Below are positions 14,258 through 24,273 of a DNA stretch of 64,000 bases, in pieces (the first letter of the stretch is position 1; every line of letters starts with the position of its first letter). This DNA is from an uncultured delta proteobacterium (GTDB lineage: Bacteria > Desulfobacterota > Binatia > UTPRO1). The notes under the pieces were generated by a model. It was not told where the DNA came from. It did no database searches and was given only the letters and a program-made list of their open reading frames with translations. A program made the translations under genes and the position numbers. Location of the stretch: the NCBI GenBank assembly GCA_963797545.1, contig CAWCPU010000003.1, positions 203,505 to 267,504 on the forward strand, given 5' to 3'.

Positions 14258-15046
14258 CTATTCGGGAGACGCGACGCCGATCGCCGTCGCGATCGCCGCG
14301 AGGGCGTCGCCGGCGCCGCCGTGCAGCGTCACGGTCGCCTGGTCGTCGTACGGCGTCGGCTCGCGGTTCACGATGACGAGCGGCGCGCCGTGCTCGAGCG
14401 CGACGCCGGGCAGGCTCGCCGCCGGGTAGACGACGAGCGACGAGCCGATGACGAGGAAGGCGTCGGCCGCCGCCGCGTCCTCGAATGCCTGGGCCGTCTC
14501 GCGCTCCGGCATCGACTGCCCGAACGAGATCGTCGCGGGCTTCAGTAGCCCGCCGCACTCGCAGTGCGGATCGACGTCGCCGGCCGCGAAACGCGCCTGC
14601 ACCGGCGCGCGATCCGAGCGCGCGCCGCAGGTGAGGCAAGCGACCTCGAGGGCGGTGCCGTGGATCTCGATGACCTTGTCGCGCGAGCTGCCGGCGCGGT
14701 GATGCAGGCCGTCGATGTTCTGCGTGATGATCCGCCGGAGGCCGCCGCGCCGCTCGATCGCCGCGAGCGCGAGGTGCGCGCGGTTCGGCCGCGCCGCTTG
14801 CAGGGCCGGATACAGGCTCGCGCCCATCTCCCAGTACAGACGGCGCGTCGCGGCGCTCGCGCAGAACTTCTGAAAGGTGAGCTCCCGCGGGTCGTAGCGC
14901 GACCAGAGCCCGCCCGGGCTGCGGAAATCCGGGATGCCGGATTCGGTGCTGATCCCGGCGCCCGTCAACACGACGAGCTCGCGCGCCGCGGCCACGCATC
15001 GGGCGGCGGCGGCGACGGCGCCGGAATCGAACGGCGTGTCTTCCAT
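14258..15046 (-). CDS. cobB: NAD-dependent protein deacylase (sirtuin, CobB/Sir2 family)
   Basis: GAGISTESGIPDFRS, TQNIDGLHHRAG (catalytic His), Zn ribbon CLTCG...CECGG, VIGSSLVVYPAA. Confidence 0.85.
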   Translation of the reverse strand: MEDTPFDSGAVAAAARCVAAARELVVLTGAGISTESGIPDFRSPGGLWSRYDPRELTFQKFCASAATRRLYWEMGASLYPALQAARPNRAHLALAAIERRGGLRRIITQNIDGLHHRAGSSRDKVIEIHGTALEVACLTCGARSDRAPVQARFAAGDVDPHCECGGLLKPATISFGQSMPERETAQAFEDAAAADAFLVIGSSLVVYPAASLPGVALEHGAPLVIVNREPTPYDDQATVTLHGGAGDALAAIATAIGVASPE

Positions 15047-15112
15047 GGCGCGCGATCCTAGCGAAACCCGCGGCGAACGGCACGCGGTGCGCGCGCCTTC
15101 GTGGCGACGTCG

Positions 15113-15580
15113 TCAGCGCAACGCGTGCCGCAGGTACGCGACGGCCCATCGATACACGCCGGGAGCGGTGCTCTCGCGTGGGCCGGCGACGTTCAGCACC
15201 GCGACGGCGTGGCGCTCGATCCAGGCTCGGACGTCGGCGGGATCGAGGGGCGCCTCGGCGTCGACGACCAGCGTCGGTTTTCCGTGGCGCGCGGCGAGGT
15301 CGCGCGTCAGCTCGGTGCCGCCGACGAGCGGCCCGCGGCAGAGGATCAGCGTCCCGTCCGAGTCGCGTACGTTGCGCTCGGTCCGGACCGCGTGCTCGGC
15401 GGTCTCGGTCTCGACGAGGCGGTAGCGCTCGTCGAGGACGCCGTCCTCCGCGAGCCGGCCGCGCGGACACCAGCCGCCGTGCGGGATGCCGAGCGCGATC
15501 GCGACGTCGAGAGCGGCGCGGTCGACGCCGGTCTGGCCGCCCGAGACGATGCGGTGAGGGAGCATGGCGTGGCTCGACAT
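15113..15580 (-). CDS. SLOG-superfamily protein of the 'putative molybdenum carrier' (PF12694-like) family
   Basis: RIVSGGQTGVDRAALDVAIALGIPHGGWCPRGRLAEDG...RTERNVRDSDGTLIL matches the conserved N-terminal signature of this family; 66 bp upstream of sir2, same strand. Confidence 0.65.
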   Translation of the reverse strand: MSSHAMLPHRIVSGGQTGVDRAALDVAIALGIPHGGWCPRGRLAEDGVLDERYRLVETETAEHAVRTERNVRDSDGTLILCRGPLVGGTELTRDLAARHGKPTLVVDAEAPLDPADVRAWIERHAVAVLNVAGPRESTAPGVYRWAVAYLRHALR

Positions 15581-15676
15581 CGGCGAAGGTGCCCGCCAGG
15601 ATCTCTACGCCGCTCGGCGGGCGAGATCCATTGCGAGGCGGCAATCGACGATGGCGACTCCACGACGGCGGCACCG

Positions 15677-16246
15677 ATGAAACCCCGACGACGGCCGCAC
15701 GTGCTCGGCATCGACGATGCGCCGTTCGCGAAGCGGGCGCGCGCCGCGGTGCCGATCGTCGGCGTCACGACCGCGGGCGCCGACCTCGTCGAGTCGGTCG
15801 CGGTGACGCGCTTTCCCGTCGACGGCGACGCCGCGACGGAGTTCCTCGCGGCGTGGATAGCCGGGCTGCGCATCCGGCCGGCGCTTCAGGCCGTCGTCAT
15901 CGGCGGCGTCACCATCGCCGGTCTCGGTGTCGTCGACATCACGACGCTCGCGGAACGCGCCGCCGTTCCCGTCCTCGCCGTCAGCCGGCGCGACCCGGCG
16001 CGGAATCGCGTCGCCGAGGCGCTCCACGCCGCGGGACTCGCGGCGCGCATTCCGCTCGTCGAGGCCACGCCGCCGGCGTTCGCGGTCGACGGCGGCTTGT
16101 ACGTGTCGACGGCGGGGACGACGGCCGCCGACGCCGCCGCGATCGTGCGCGCGACGCGCGGCAAGGCCGCGGTGCCGGAGGCGCTGCGGATCGCCCACTT
16201 GATCGCGCGCGCCCTCGTGCTGGGGGAGTCCCGCGGCAGAGTCTGA
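15677..16246 (+). CDS. DUF99/UPF0215 family protein (endonuclease-V-like fold)
   Basis: MKPRRRPHVLGIDDAPF...VPIVGVTTAG...VVIGGVTIAGLGVVDITTLAERAAVPVLAVSRRDP typical DUF99 pattern; divergent from SLOG gene with about 95 bp between starts. Confidence 0.6.
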   Translation: MKPRRRPHVLGIDDAPFAKRARAAVPIVGVTTAGADLVESVAVTRFPVDGDAATEFLAAWIAGLRIRPALQAVVIGGVTIAGLGVVDITTLAERAAVPVLAVSRRDPARNRVAEALHAAGLAARIPLVEATPPAFAVDGGLYVSTAGTTAADAAAIVRATRGKAAVPEALRIAHLIARALVLGESRGRV

Positions 16247-16270
16247 TCGCTCCCCGGCGGCGGAGTGTGC

Positions 16271-17185
16271 TCAGTCCTCGCGCGGCGCCGTCAGGCGCTG
16301 GCCGAGCGCCCGCGGTGCATCCTGCGAGCGGCTCGCGAGCGCCAGCAACGCCAGCGTCGCGACGTAGGGGATCATCAGCAGCAGGTGGTACGAGACGTCG
16401 AGCCCCGCGGCTTGCAGCTGAAACTGGCCGGCGTTCGCGGCACCGAAGACGAGCGCGCCGACGAGCACGCCGGCGGGCCGCCAGCGGCCGAAGACGACGA
16501 TCGCGAGCGCGATGAATCCGCGTCCCGCCGACATGCCTTCGACGAAGGTGTTGGAGTAGGCGAGCGAGAGCGTCGCGCCCGCCATGCCGGCGAGCACGGC
16601 GGCGATCGCGACGCCGGCGGCGCGCACGCGACTGACGCGGATGCCGAGCTCCGCCGCGGCCTGCGGCGACTCGCCCGCGGCGCGGAGCTCGAGCCCGAAG
16701 CGGGTGCGAAAGAGCAGCAGCGCCGCCGCCGGCACCAGCAGCAGCGCGAGGTACACCGGAGCCGGCTGGCGGAGCGGCGCCAGGATCGGCGACGCCGGCG
16801 TGACCAGCGGCGCGAAGGTGGCGACGGTGAGCGCCGAGCCGGTGACGCCGAAGAGCGCGCGGTAGACGACGCCGGTCGCGCCGAGGGCGAGCACGTTGAT
16901 CGCGGCGCCGGCGACGATCTGGTCGGCGTCGAGGCGCACCACCCAGAACGCGAACACCGCGCCGAGCGCGAGCGCCGCGCCGCAGCCGGCGAGCATGCCG
17001 ATCGCCGGCACGCCGGTCGCCCAGCTGCCGACCATGCCGCCGAGGGCGCCCGTCAGCATCAATCCCTCGACGCCGATGTTGAGGACGCCGCCACGCTCGC
17101 TCACGAGCTCGCCGAGCGCGGCGAGGAGGAGCGGCGCCGCGAGCGTCAGCGTCGAGGCGATCATCGCCGCGGTCGCCTCGATCAC
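16271..17185 (-). CDS. ABC transporter permease (BMP/nucleoside-sugar uptake family, YufQ-like)
   Basis: Multi-TM, LNIGVEGLMLTGALGG motif typical of branched-chain/ribose-type permeases; overlaps upstream permease by 4 nt. Confidence 0.8.
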   Translation of the reverse strand: MIEATAAMIASTLTLAAPLLLAALGELVSERGGVLNIGVEGLMLTGALGGMVGSWATGVPAIGMLAGCGAALALGAVFAFWVVRLDADQIVAGAAINVLALGATGVVYRALFGVTGSALTVATFAPLVTPASPILAPLRQPAPVYLALLLVPAAALLLFRTRFGLELRAAGESPQAAAELGIRVSRVRAAGVAIAAVLAGMAGATLSLAYSNTFVEGMSAGRGFIALAIVVFGRWRPAGVLVGALVFGAANAGQFQLQAAGLDVSYHLLLMIPYVATLALLALASRSQDAPRALGQRLTAPRED

Positions 17186-18231
17186 GGCGCGGATCCCTCC
17201 GGCGGCGCCGTCAGGCGCGACTCACGCGCGAGCTGCGGCGTCTCCATGCCGAGAAGCGCGAGGATGGTGAGTCCCTGGATCACGGCGGTCATCACGGCGG
17301 AGACGCCGGCGGTCCGTTGCATCGCGCCCGCACCGGCGGCGAGGCCGCCGAAGAACGTCGCGGCGATCACGACGCCGCCGGGGTGCAGTCGCCCGAGGAG
17401 CGCGACCGCGATCGCGGTGTATCCCTGCCCGGCAGAGAACTGCTCGTAGAGACGCCCGGTCACCCCGAGAAGCTCGACCGCGCCCGCGACGCCGGCGCAC
17501 GCGCCGCTCATCGCCATGACCGCGATCAGCTCGCGGTGGGGACGAAAGCCCGCCACCGCGGCGGCGCGCGGGTTGTCGCCGATCGCTCGCCAGCGGAACC
17601 CGCGCGCGGTTCGGAAGAGCAGCGCCCACGCGCCGAGCGCGGCGAGCGCGGCGAGAACGACGCCCCAGTGAACGCGGCCGGCGAGGCGCGGCAGCACCGC
17701 CGCCGCCGGAATCGCCTCGCTCTGCGGATATCGTCCGCCGGCTTCCATGAGCGGCCCGTGCACCGCCCATCCCACCAGGCGGAGCGCGACGAAGTTCAGC
17801 ATCAGCGTGCTGATCACCTCGTTGACGTTGCGCGCGATCCGGAGCGCGGCGGCGACGACCGCCCACAGCGCTCCCGCGATCGCCCCGCCGGCGAGCGCCG
17901 CGACCAGCGGCAACGGCCACGGCGCCGCGCCAGTCGCGCGCGCCAGCGCCGTCGCCGCCAGCGCGCCGACGAGGAGCTGGCCCTCGGCCCCGATGTTCCA
18001 GGTCCCGCTGCGAAACGCGATTGCCACGGCGAGCCCGGTGAGGACGAGCGGGCAGGTCTTCACCAGGGTGTCGCCGACGGCGTATCGATCCCCGAGCGCG
18101 CCGCGGGCGAGCGCCGTGAGGGCGACGACCGGATCGGCGCCGACGAGCAGGATCACCAGCGCGCTCGCGCCGAGCGCGATCGCGGCCGCCGCCGCGGCAC
18201 GGGCCGCGATGCGCAGGCGCGCCGGACTCAT
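17182..18231 (-). CDS. ABC transporter permease (YufP-like)
   Basis: WNIGAEGQLLVGALAA..., 8-10 TM; start taken at MSPARLRIAA (ORF extends further upstream in-frame to 18375). Confidence 0.75.
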   Translation of the reverse strand: MSPARLRIAARAAAAAAIALGASALVILLVGADPVVALTALARGALGDRYAVGDTLVKTCPLVLTGLAVAIAFRSGTWNIGAEGQLLVGALAATALARATGAAPWPLPLVAALAGGAIAGALWAVVAAALRIARNVNEVISTLMLNFVALRLVGWAVHGPLMEAGGRYPQSEAIPAAAVLPRLAGRVHWGVVLAALAALGAWALLFRTARGFRWRAIGDNPRAAAVAGFRPHRELIAVMAMSGACAGVAGAVELLGVTGRLYEQFSAGQGYTAIAVALLGRLHPGGVVIAATFFGGLAAGAGAMQRTAGVSAVMTAVIQGLTILALLGMETPQLARESRLTAPPEGSAP

Positions 18232-18274
18232 CGCCGCGGCAGCCGGCGAGCGGGGCGGAAGCGGCCGAGCGCCG

Positions 18275-19915
18275 TCACGCCGCGACGCCACCCATGAGCG
18301 CGCCGATGCGCGCGCGTTCCGCCGCGCCGACGGGGCCGAGGAGGCGCCCGCGGTAGAGCACGAAGGCGTGGGCACAGAGCGCGGCGAGCTCGTCGAGGTC
18401 GGTCGAGATCAGCACGATCGCGACGCCGGCCGCGGCCGCGCGGCGCAGCAGCGCCTGCACGTGCGCGGTCGCGGTGATGTCGAGGCCGCGCGTCGGATTG
18501 ACAGCGATCAGGACCGCCGGATCGACGGCGAGGGCGCGGCCGATCACCAGACGCTGCTGATTCCCACCCGAGAGCGCCGCGGTCGCCTGATCCGGATCGC
18601 CGCGGCCGACGCGGTGCTCGCGCGCGAGCGCGGCGGCGAACGTTCGTGCCGCGGTCCGCGCGAGCACCCCGGCGCGCGAAAAGCGCGCCAGCAGCGGCTG
18701 CGCGAGAATCGCGTTCTCCCAGACCGCCAGCCCGAGCGCCAAGCCGTCGCGTCGGCGATCCGGCGGGATCAATGCGACGCCCGCCGCTTGCGCCCCGACG
18801 ACGTCACCGCTTCGAAGTGTCCGGCCGCCGACCGCGACGACGCCCTCGCGCTCGACCGTGCCGCAGAGCGCGCCGGCGAGCTCCTCCTGCCCGTTGCCGT
18901 CGACGCCGGCGACGCCGCAGATCTCGCCGGCGTCGACGGCGAAGGCGACGTCGCGCAGCGCCACGCGCGCGTCGCTCGCCGGCGTCGCGAGGCGTTCGAC
19001 GCTCAGCGCGATCCGCGGCTGCGGCGTGCGTCCACGGTGCGTCGTGTCGTCGTGTAACCGCGCCGGCGAGTTGGCGTCGACTCCTTCCGTGACGCCGTTG
19101 CCCGGCGAGGAGTGGGGGATGCCGAGGCGCGCGTCGGGATGCGAAGCATCCCCGCGCGAGGAGGCATCTCCCACTCCTCGCCGGGCGCTGGCGTCGCCCA
19201 CCATGAGGGCGGCGAGCTCGTCGGTCGACGTGTCACGCGCGGCGCACGTCGCGACGACGGCGCCGTGGCGGAGGATCGTGATGTCGTCGCAGACCGTCAG
19301 CGCCTCGGCGAGCTTGTGGGTGATGAAGACGACGAGCACGCCGCGATCGCGGAGGCGCCTCAGCGTCGTGAAGAAGGCGTCGGTTTCGTCGGGTGTCAGC
19401 ACTGCGGTCGGCTCGTCGAGTAGGAGAACCTTTGGAGCGTCGCGGACGGCGCGGAGAATTTCGACGCGGGCCTGCGTGCCCACCGGACGCGTGTCGCAGC
19501 GCGAGGCGGGGTCGCCGATGTCGAGCTGGTGCTCGCGCGCGGCGGCTCGGGCTTCGGCGATGAGATCGGCGGGCGCGAGGAATCGCCGTGCCGGCTCCGG
19601 GCGGCCGAGGCGGAGGTTCTCGGCGACGGAGAGGGCGCCGATCAGGGCGAAGTGCTGGTGGACGACGCCGATTCCGCTCTCGTGCGCGGCGCGCGACCCC
19701 GACGGGAGCGGCCGGCCGTCGACGCGAATCGTCCCGGCGTCGGCGGGGATCGCGCCGGCGATGATCCCGACCAGCGTCGACTTTCCGGCGCCGTTCTCGC
19801 CGAGGATGCCGTGGATCGTTCCGCCGGGGAGCGCCAGGCCGATCGAGCGCAGCGCCGGGAGCGCGCCGAAGCTCTTGCGGATGCCGCGCAGCTCGAGGCG
19901 AGAGGACGTCACCAC
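18275..19915 (-). CDS. ABC transporter ATP-binding protein with tandem ATPase domains (BMP family), carrying a low-complexity insertion in the inter-domain linker
   Basis: GENGAGKST Walker A, LLLDEPTAVLT, second domain LSGGNQQRLVIGRAL signature; linker GDASARRGVGDASSRGDASHPDARLGIPHSSPG encoded by palindromic element. Confidence 0.85.
   Translation of the reverse strand: MVTSSRLELRGIRKSFGALPALRSIGLALPGGTIHGILGENGAGKSTLVGIIAGAIPADAGTIRVDGRPLPSGSRAAHESGIGVVHQHFALIGALSVAENLRLGRPEPARRFLAPADLIAEARAAAREHQLDIGDPASRCDTRPVGTQARVEILRAVRDAPKVLLLDEPTAVLTPDETDAFFTTLRRLRDRGVLVVFITHKLAEALTVCDDITILRHGAVVATCAARDTSTDELAALMVGDASARRGVGDASSRGDASHPDARLGIPHSSPGNGVTEGVDANSPARLHDDTTHRGRTPQPRIALSVERLATPASDARVALRDVAFAVDAGEICGVAGVDGNGQEELAGALCGTVEREGVVAVGGRTLRSGDVVGAQAAGVALIPPDRRRDGLALGLAVWENAILAQPLLARFSRAGVLARTAARTFAAALAREHRVGRGDPDQATAALSGGNQQRLVIGRALAVDPAVLIAVNPTRGLDITATAHVQALLRRAAAAGVAIVLISTDLDELAALCAHAFVLYRGRLLGPVGAAERARIGALMGGVAA
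19093..19177. repeat. 85-nt palindromic (hairpin-forming) element inside the ABC ATPase CDS: 16-nt perfect terminal inverted repeat cccggcgaggagtggg / cccactcctcgccggg around an inner palindrome gggatgcgaagcatccc
   Basis: Read directly from sequence; ORF remains open through it. Confidence 0.5.
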
Positions 19916-19998
19916 GTCACGGTCGCCGGGCGCGTCCCCGGCGGCGGCGTCGAGCGGACGCGGTTCTGCGCCTGCGGGTTCGCGTGCGGCTTGTCAAC

Positions 19999-20970
19999 TC
20001 AGAACTCCGCGGTCGGTACGTGCAGCGTTCCCCGGCGGATCGCGGACTCGGTCGCGGCGACGGCGGCGCGGACGTCGTCGGGTATCTTCGCGGCGAGCGC
20101 CGGATTGTAGACGACCGAGATCGTGCCGTCGGCGATCGTTCGTTCGAGCACGCGCGCGGTGAACGTCCCGTCCTTCACCTCGCGGGCGACGGCGAGGAAC
20201 GCGCCCGGGATGTCGATCACCGCGCTCGCCAGAACCGCGGTCGGTGCGATCTCGTGCTGCGCGCGGTTGCTGCCGAACGCGAAGATCCCGCGTTCCGCCG
20301 CCGCCTGGAAGACGCCCGGCCCGGCGGCGTCGGCGTTTTGCAGGACGAAGCGGCAGCCGCGGTCGGCGAGCGCGAGCGTCGCCGTTCGCGCGGCGCCGAC
20401 GTCGTCCCAGCTGCCGATGTACGAGGTGGTGACCGGGTACCCCGGATGGGCATGCGCCGCGCCCGCGGCGAAGGCGACGAACGTGCTGCGCACCGACGGG
20501 ATGTCGATCCCACCGACGGCGCAGGCCTTCCCGTCGGGCGCCATGCGCGCCGCGAGCTCGCCGAGGAGGAACGTCGCCTGCTCGAGGCGGAACACGATCG
20601 GCGCGACGTTCGGCCGAACCGTCGACCCCGACGTGGTCACGAAGACCGTGCGCGGAAAATCGGGCGCGACGCGCGCCGCCGCGTCCTGGAACTCGAAGCC
20701 GTGGCCGATCACCAGCGCGAACCCGCGGCGCGCGTAGTCGCGGAAGGCCTCCTCGAACTCCGGCGGCGTACGGGTCTCGACCTGGCTCACCTCGGCGCCG
20801 AGCCGATCGCGGATCGCGAGCAGACCCTCGTAGGCCGCGGCGTTCCAGCCGCCGTCGCTGATCGGTCCGGGACTGAGAAGCGCGACGCGAAACCCGTGCG
20901 ACTCGTGACGGGCGCAACCGGCGAGCAGCAACACGACGGAGCACACGAGCGAGATGCGAGGCGCGCGCAT
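19999..20970 (-). CDS. BMP-family ABC transporter substrate-binding lipoprotein (Med/PnrA-like)
   Basis: Lipoprotein signal MRAPRISLVCSVVLLLAGC; periplasmic binding fold; first gene of SBP-ATPase-permease-permease operon on minus strand. Confidence 0.8.
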   Translation of the reverse strand: MRAPRISLVCSVVLLLAGCARHESHGFRVALLSPGPISDGGWNAAAYEGLLAIRDRLGAEVSQVETRTPPEFEEAFRDYARRGFALVIGHGFEFQDAAARVAPDFPRTVFVTTSGSTVRPNVAPIVFRLEQATFLLGELAARMAPDGKACAVGGIDIPSVRSTFVAFAAGAAHAHPGYPVTTSYIGSWDDVGAARTATLALADRGCRFVLQNADAAGPGVFQAAAERGIFAFGSNRAQHEIAPTAVLASAVIDIPGAFLAVAREVKDGTFTARVLERTIADGTISVVYNPALAAKIPDDVRAAVAATESAIRRGTLHVPTAEF

Positions 20971-21184
20971 CGGTCCACGGCACATAACGGGCACCTGCAC
21001 GCGCTGCAACCGAGCGGCGTGCGCGCTAGTGGGACGAAATCCGCCACGACGTGTTGCGCTGCAACCGAGCGCGGCGCTACGCGTGCTCTCAGACGGCGCG
21101 GCGGTCGCGCCGCGTGGAAACGATGGTCATCCACGATCGCGGTTCGCGTTGACGCTCCGGTTCGAACTCACTACAAGCGGCGCG

Positions 21185-22788
21185 GTGAAGATTCGCGTGC
21201 GCGCCGGCGACGCGAGCTCGGCGGCGGCCGAGCTGACCGTCCTCCCCGTCGTTTGCGGCGAGCTCGACGCAGCGACGCTGCGTGCGGCGCTCGGGGCGCG
21301 CGCCGCACGGGCGGCGGCGCGGCGCCTAGCCGCCGCAGGGTTCCGCGGTCGCGAGGGGGAGGTCCTCGCGATGCCGCTCGGCTCGGAAGGGCCCGCAATG
21401 CTGTGTCTCGTCGGCGTCGGCGAGCGCGGCGACCTCGAGCTCGACTCGTGGCGGCGGGCCGCCGGCCGCGCCCGTCGTCAGGCGGACGAGCACGGTGCCC
21501 GGCGGGTGGCGTTCGTCTGCGAGGACGATCGCGAGGCGGCGCTCGTCGCGATCGTCGAGGGCTTCGGTCTCGCCGGCTATCGCTTCGAGAAGTACAAGTC
21601 GCGGCCGAACGGCTCGTCGAAGATCGGCGAGCTGGTGTTGCTGACCCGGAACGAGCCGCCCGCCCGCCGCTCGCTCGAGCAGGCGTGGCGCACCACCGAC
21701 GTCGTCCTCGAATCGGTGACGCTCGTCCGCGATCTCGTCAACGAGCCGGCGGCGGTCAAGACCCCGACGTATCTCGCGGCCGAGGCCGAACGGCTCGGCG
21801 CCGAGTTCGGGTTCGGCGTCGAGGCGTGGGACGCGGACCGCATCGAGCAGGAAGGGCTGCACGGATTGATCGCGGTCACGCGCGGCAGCGATCAGGAGCC
21901 GCGTTTCCTGCGGCTCCGCTACGAGCCGGAGCGCGCGACCACGCGCGTCGCGCTCGTCGGCAAGGGGATCACCTTCGATTCGGGCGGGCTCTCGTTGAAG
22001 CAGGCGAAGTCGATGGAGACGATGAAGATCGACATGGCCGGCGGCGCGACGGCGCTCGCGGTGATCGCCGCGGCGGCACGGTTGAGCCTGCCGGTCGCGC
22101 TCGACGGCTTCGTGCCGCTCGCCGAGAACCTGCCGAACGGCGCGGCGCAGAAGCCCGGCGACGTCATCCGTTTCCGCAACGGCAAGACCGTCGAGGTCCT
22201 GAACACCGACGCCGAGGGCCGCCTCGTCCTCGCCGACGCGCTGACGCTCGCCGTCGCGGCGAAGCCGCGACGTCGATCATCGACGTCGCGACCCTGACGG
22301 GGGCCTGCATCATCGCGCTCGGCACGGAGGTCGCCGGCGTGTTCGCGAACGATCAGGCTCTCGCGGAGGAGCTGATCGCGGCGGGGCGCACGCAGGGCGA
22401 GGGCCTCTGGCAGCTGCCGCTCGTGCCCGAGTATCGCGACGATCTCAAGAGCGCGGTCGCCGACTTGAAGAACGTCGGCGGCGGCAACGCCGGCAGCATC
22501 ACCGGCGCGCTCTTCTTGCAGGAGTTCGTCGGCGCGACGCGGTGGGCGCATCTCGACGTCGCGGGGCCCGCGTTCGCCGACAAGGACCGTCCCTACATCC
22601 CGCGCGGCGGCACCGGCTTCGGCGTCCGGACGCTGATCCGCTACTTGCAGAACGCCGCCGGCACGGCAGATGCCGCGCTCGGTTCGCACGGTTCGCGAGC
22701 CGGCGGACCCGCCGACGTCTCACCCGCGAAGGCCGGCGGCGAGGGCCGCCGCCGGCAGCGCCCGACCCGCAGCGGTCGACGACGCTGA
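21185..22788 (+). CDS. pepA: Leucyl aminopeptidase (M17, PepA), one frameshift near 22270; C-terminal extent uncertain
   Basis: VALVGKGITFDSGGLSLKQAKSMETMKIDMAGGATALAV, NTDAEGRLVLADAL, then in frame 1 IDVATLTGACIIALG...GGNAGSITGALFLQEFV. Confidence 0.75.
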
Positions 22789-22881
22789 GCCGCGCCGCAT
22801 GGCAAGGCTGACCCGCGCCGGCCAGCAAGCGTGAGCCGCGCCCGCCGTCGTCGGATAGCTGGGCGGCGGAGGATCCGCAGC

Positions 22882-24273
22882 TCAGCCGTCGTGACGAGCG
22901 GGAGTCGACGCCAGGGCAGGCTTCTCGCGTCGCGACGGCGCCGCGCGTCGGGCCGTCCTGGACGGCTCCTTGCTCCGGCGGGTGCTGTGGCGGCGTGAGT
23001 CGGCCGCTACCCGCACGGCGGACCGTTTCGGGTGATCGGCTCGCGCGTCACGGCGCTTCGCACGATCGCGGCCGCTGATCCGAGACGAGGGCTTCCGCCG
23101 TTGCCGCGCCGCGACCTTGCGCGTCGTCGAGCGCGAGTTCCTCTTGGCGAGGCGAGTCCGAGCGGTCGCGCGTCGCGCCACCCGGCCGCCGACGCGCGAG
23201 GAGCGCGCCACCGTCGTTCCGCGCCGGCGGCTGCGCGTCGTGTGGGCGACGGAGCGCGCCGGCGCGACGTAGTTCGCGAGCGCGAGCCGGAGGGGCTCGG
23301 CGGCGCCGGTCGGGACGCGGAGCGCGTAGCCCGAGGGCGTGATGCCTCGGCGGAGCTCCGGGTTCAGGTCGGCGAGCTCGGACGCGGAGACGCCGCACAG
23401 CCCGGCCGCGGTTCGCAAGGAGACCTGACGGTCGACGTTGACGAGCTCGAAGCGGAGCGGCTGGTGCGTCGGCGCCTCGAAGCCGTACGACTCCGGCGCG
23501 GCGGCGATCCGCACCGCGGCGAGAAAACGCGGCACGTACTGCTGCGTCTCGGTCGGGAGATAGCCGCGCTCGCGCATGTCCCAGTAGTCGTCGGCGTCGG
23601 TCTGCGCGAGGATACGCGCAACCCGGTACTCGCCGCTGTTGTACGCCGCCAGCGAGAGCTCCCAGTCGCCGAACATGTCGTGGAGGTCTTTCAGGTACTG
23701 CACGGCGGCCTCGGTCGACTTGATGGGGTCGCGGCGCTCGTCGACGAGCGAGTCGATACGGAGCCCGTAGCGTCGCCCGGTCTCCGGGATGAACTGCCAC
23801 GGCCCCACGGCGCCGGCCGGCGACACCGCCAGCGGCCGATAGCCGCTCTCGATGAGCGGCAGATAGGCGAGCTCGGCCGGCAAGCCCTCGCGCACGAGGA
23901 TGTCCGTCATCGTCGGCAGATAGCGCGCGCCGCGCTCGAGCGCGTGATCGAAGAAGTCTCTGAGGTTCGTCTGGAAGTCAGCGACGCTGCTTTCGACCCC
24001 CGGCTTGTGGAGGTCGAAGGAGTCGCTCGGAGATCCGGTCGCCGCAGCTTGGATCGTGCCGTGACCCGCGGCAGGCGCGTCGGATCGCGACGCGCGCGCG
24101 GACGCCGACGCGGGATGCGTCGGCGTCGAGGCTCCCTGGGCGACGATCGGTGCGCCGCTCGTCATCGACTGCTTCACGCTCGGAGCCGCGTGGAAACAGC
24201 CGCTGGCCAGCATCGCACCGGCGAGCATTGCGAGACGTCGCACATGCCGAGCCGTTGCCAGACGCTTCATCAT
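22882..24273 (-). CDS. Membrane-bound lytic murein transglycosylase (MltD-like: SLT domain + LysM), lipoprotein, long basic C-terminal tail
   Basis: MMKRLATARHVRRLAMLAGAMLASGC lipobox; LPAELAYLPLIESGYRPLAVSPAGAVGPWQFIPETG SLT motif; LysM-like segment; C-terminal 100 aa Arg/Ser-rich. Confidence 0.75.
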   Translation of the reverse strand: MMKRLATARHVRRLAMLAGAMLASGCFHAAPSVKQSMTSGAPIVAQGASTPTHPASASARASRSDAPAAGHGTIQAAATGSPSDSFDLHKPGVESSVADFQTNLRDFFDHALERGARYLPTMTDILVREGLPAELAYLPLIESGYRPLAVSPAGAVGPWQFIPETGRRYGLRIDSLVDERRDPIKSTEAAVQYLKDLHDMFGDWELSLAAYNSGEYRVARILAQTDADDYWDMRERGYLPTETQQYVPRFLAAVRIAAAPESYGFEAPTHQPLRFELVNVDRQVSLRTAAGLCGVSASELADLNPELRRGITPSGYALRVPTGAAEPLRLALANYVAPARSVAHTTRSRRRGTTVARSSRVGGRVARRATARTRLAKRNSRSTTRKVAARQRRKPSSRISGRDRAKRRDARADHPKRSAVRVAADSRRHSTRRSKEPSRTARRAAPSRREKPALASTPARHDG

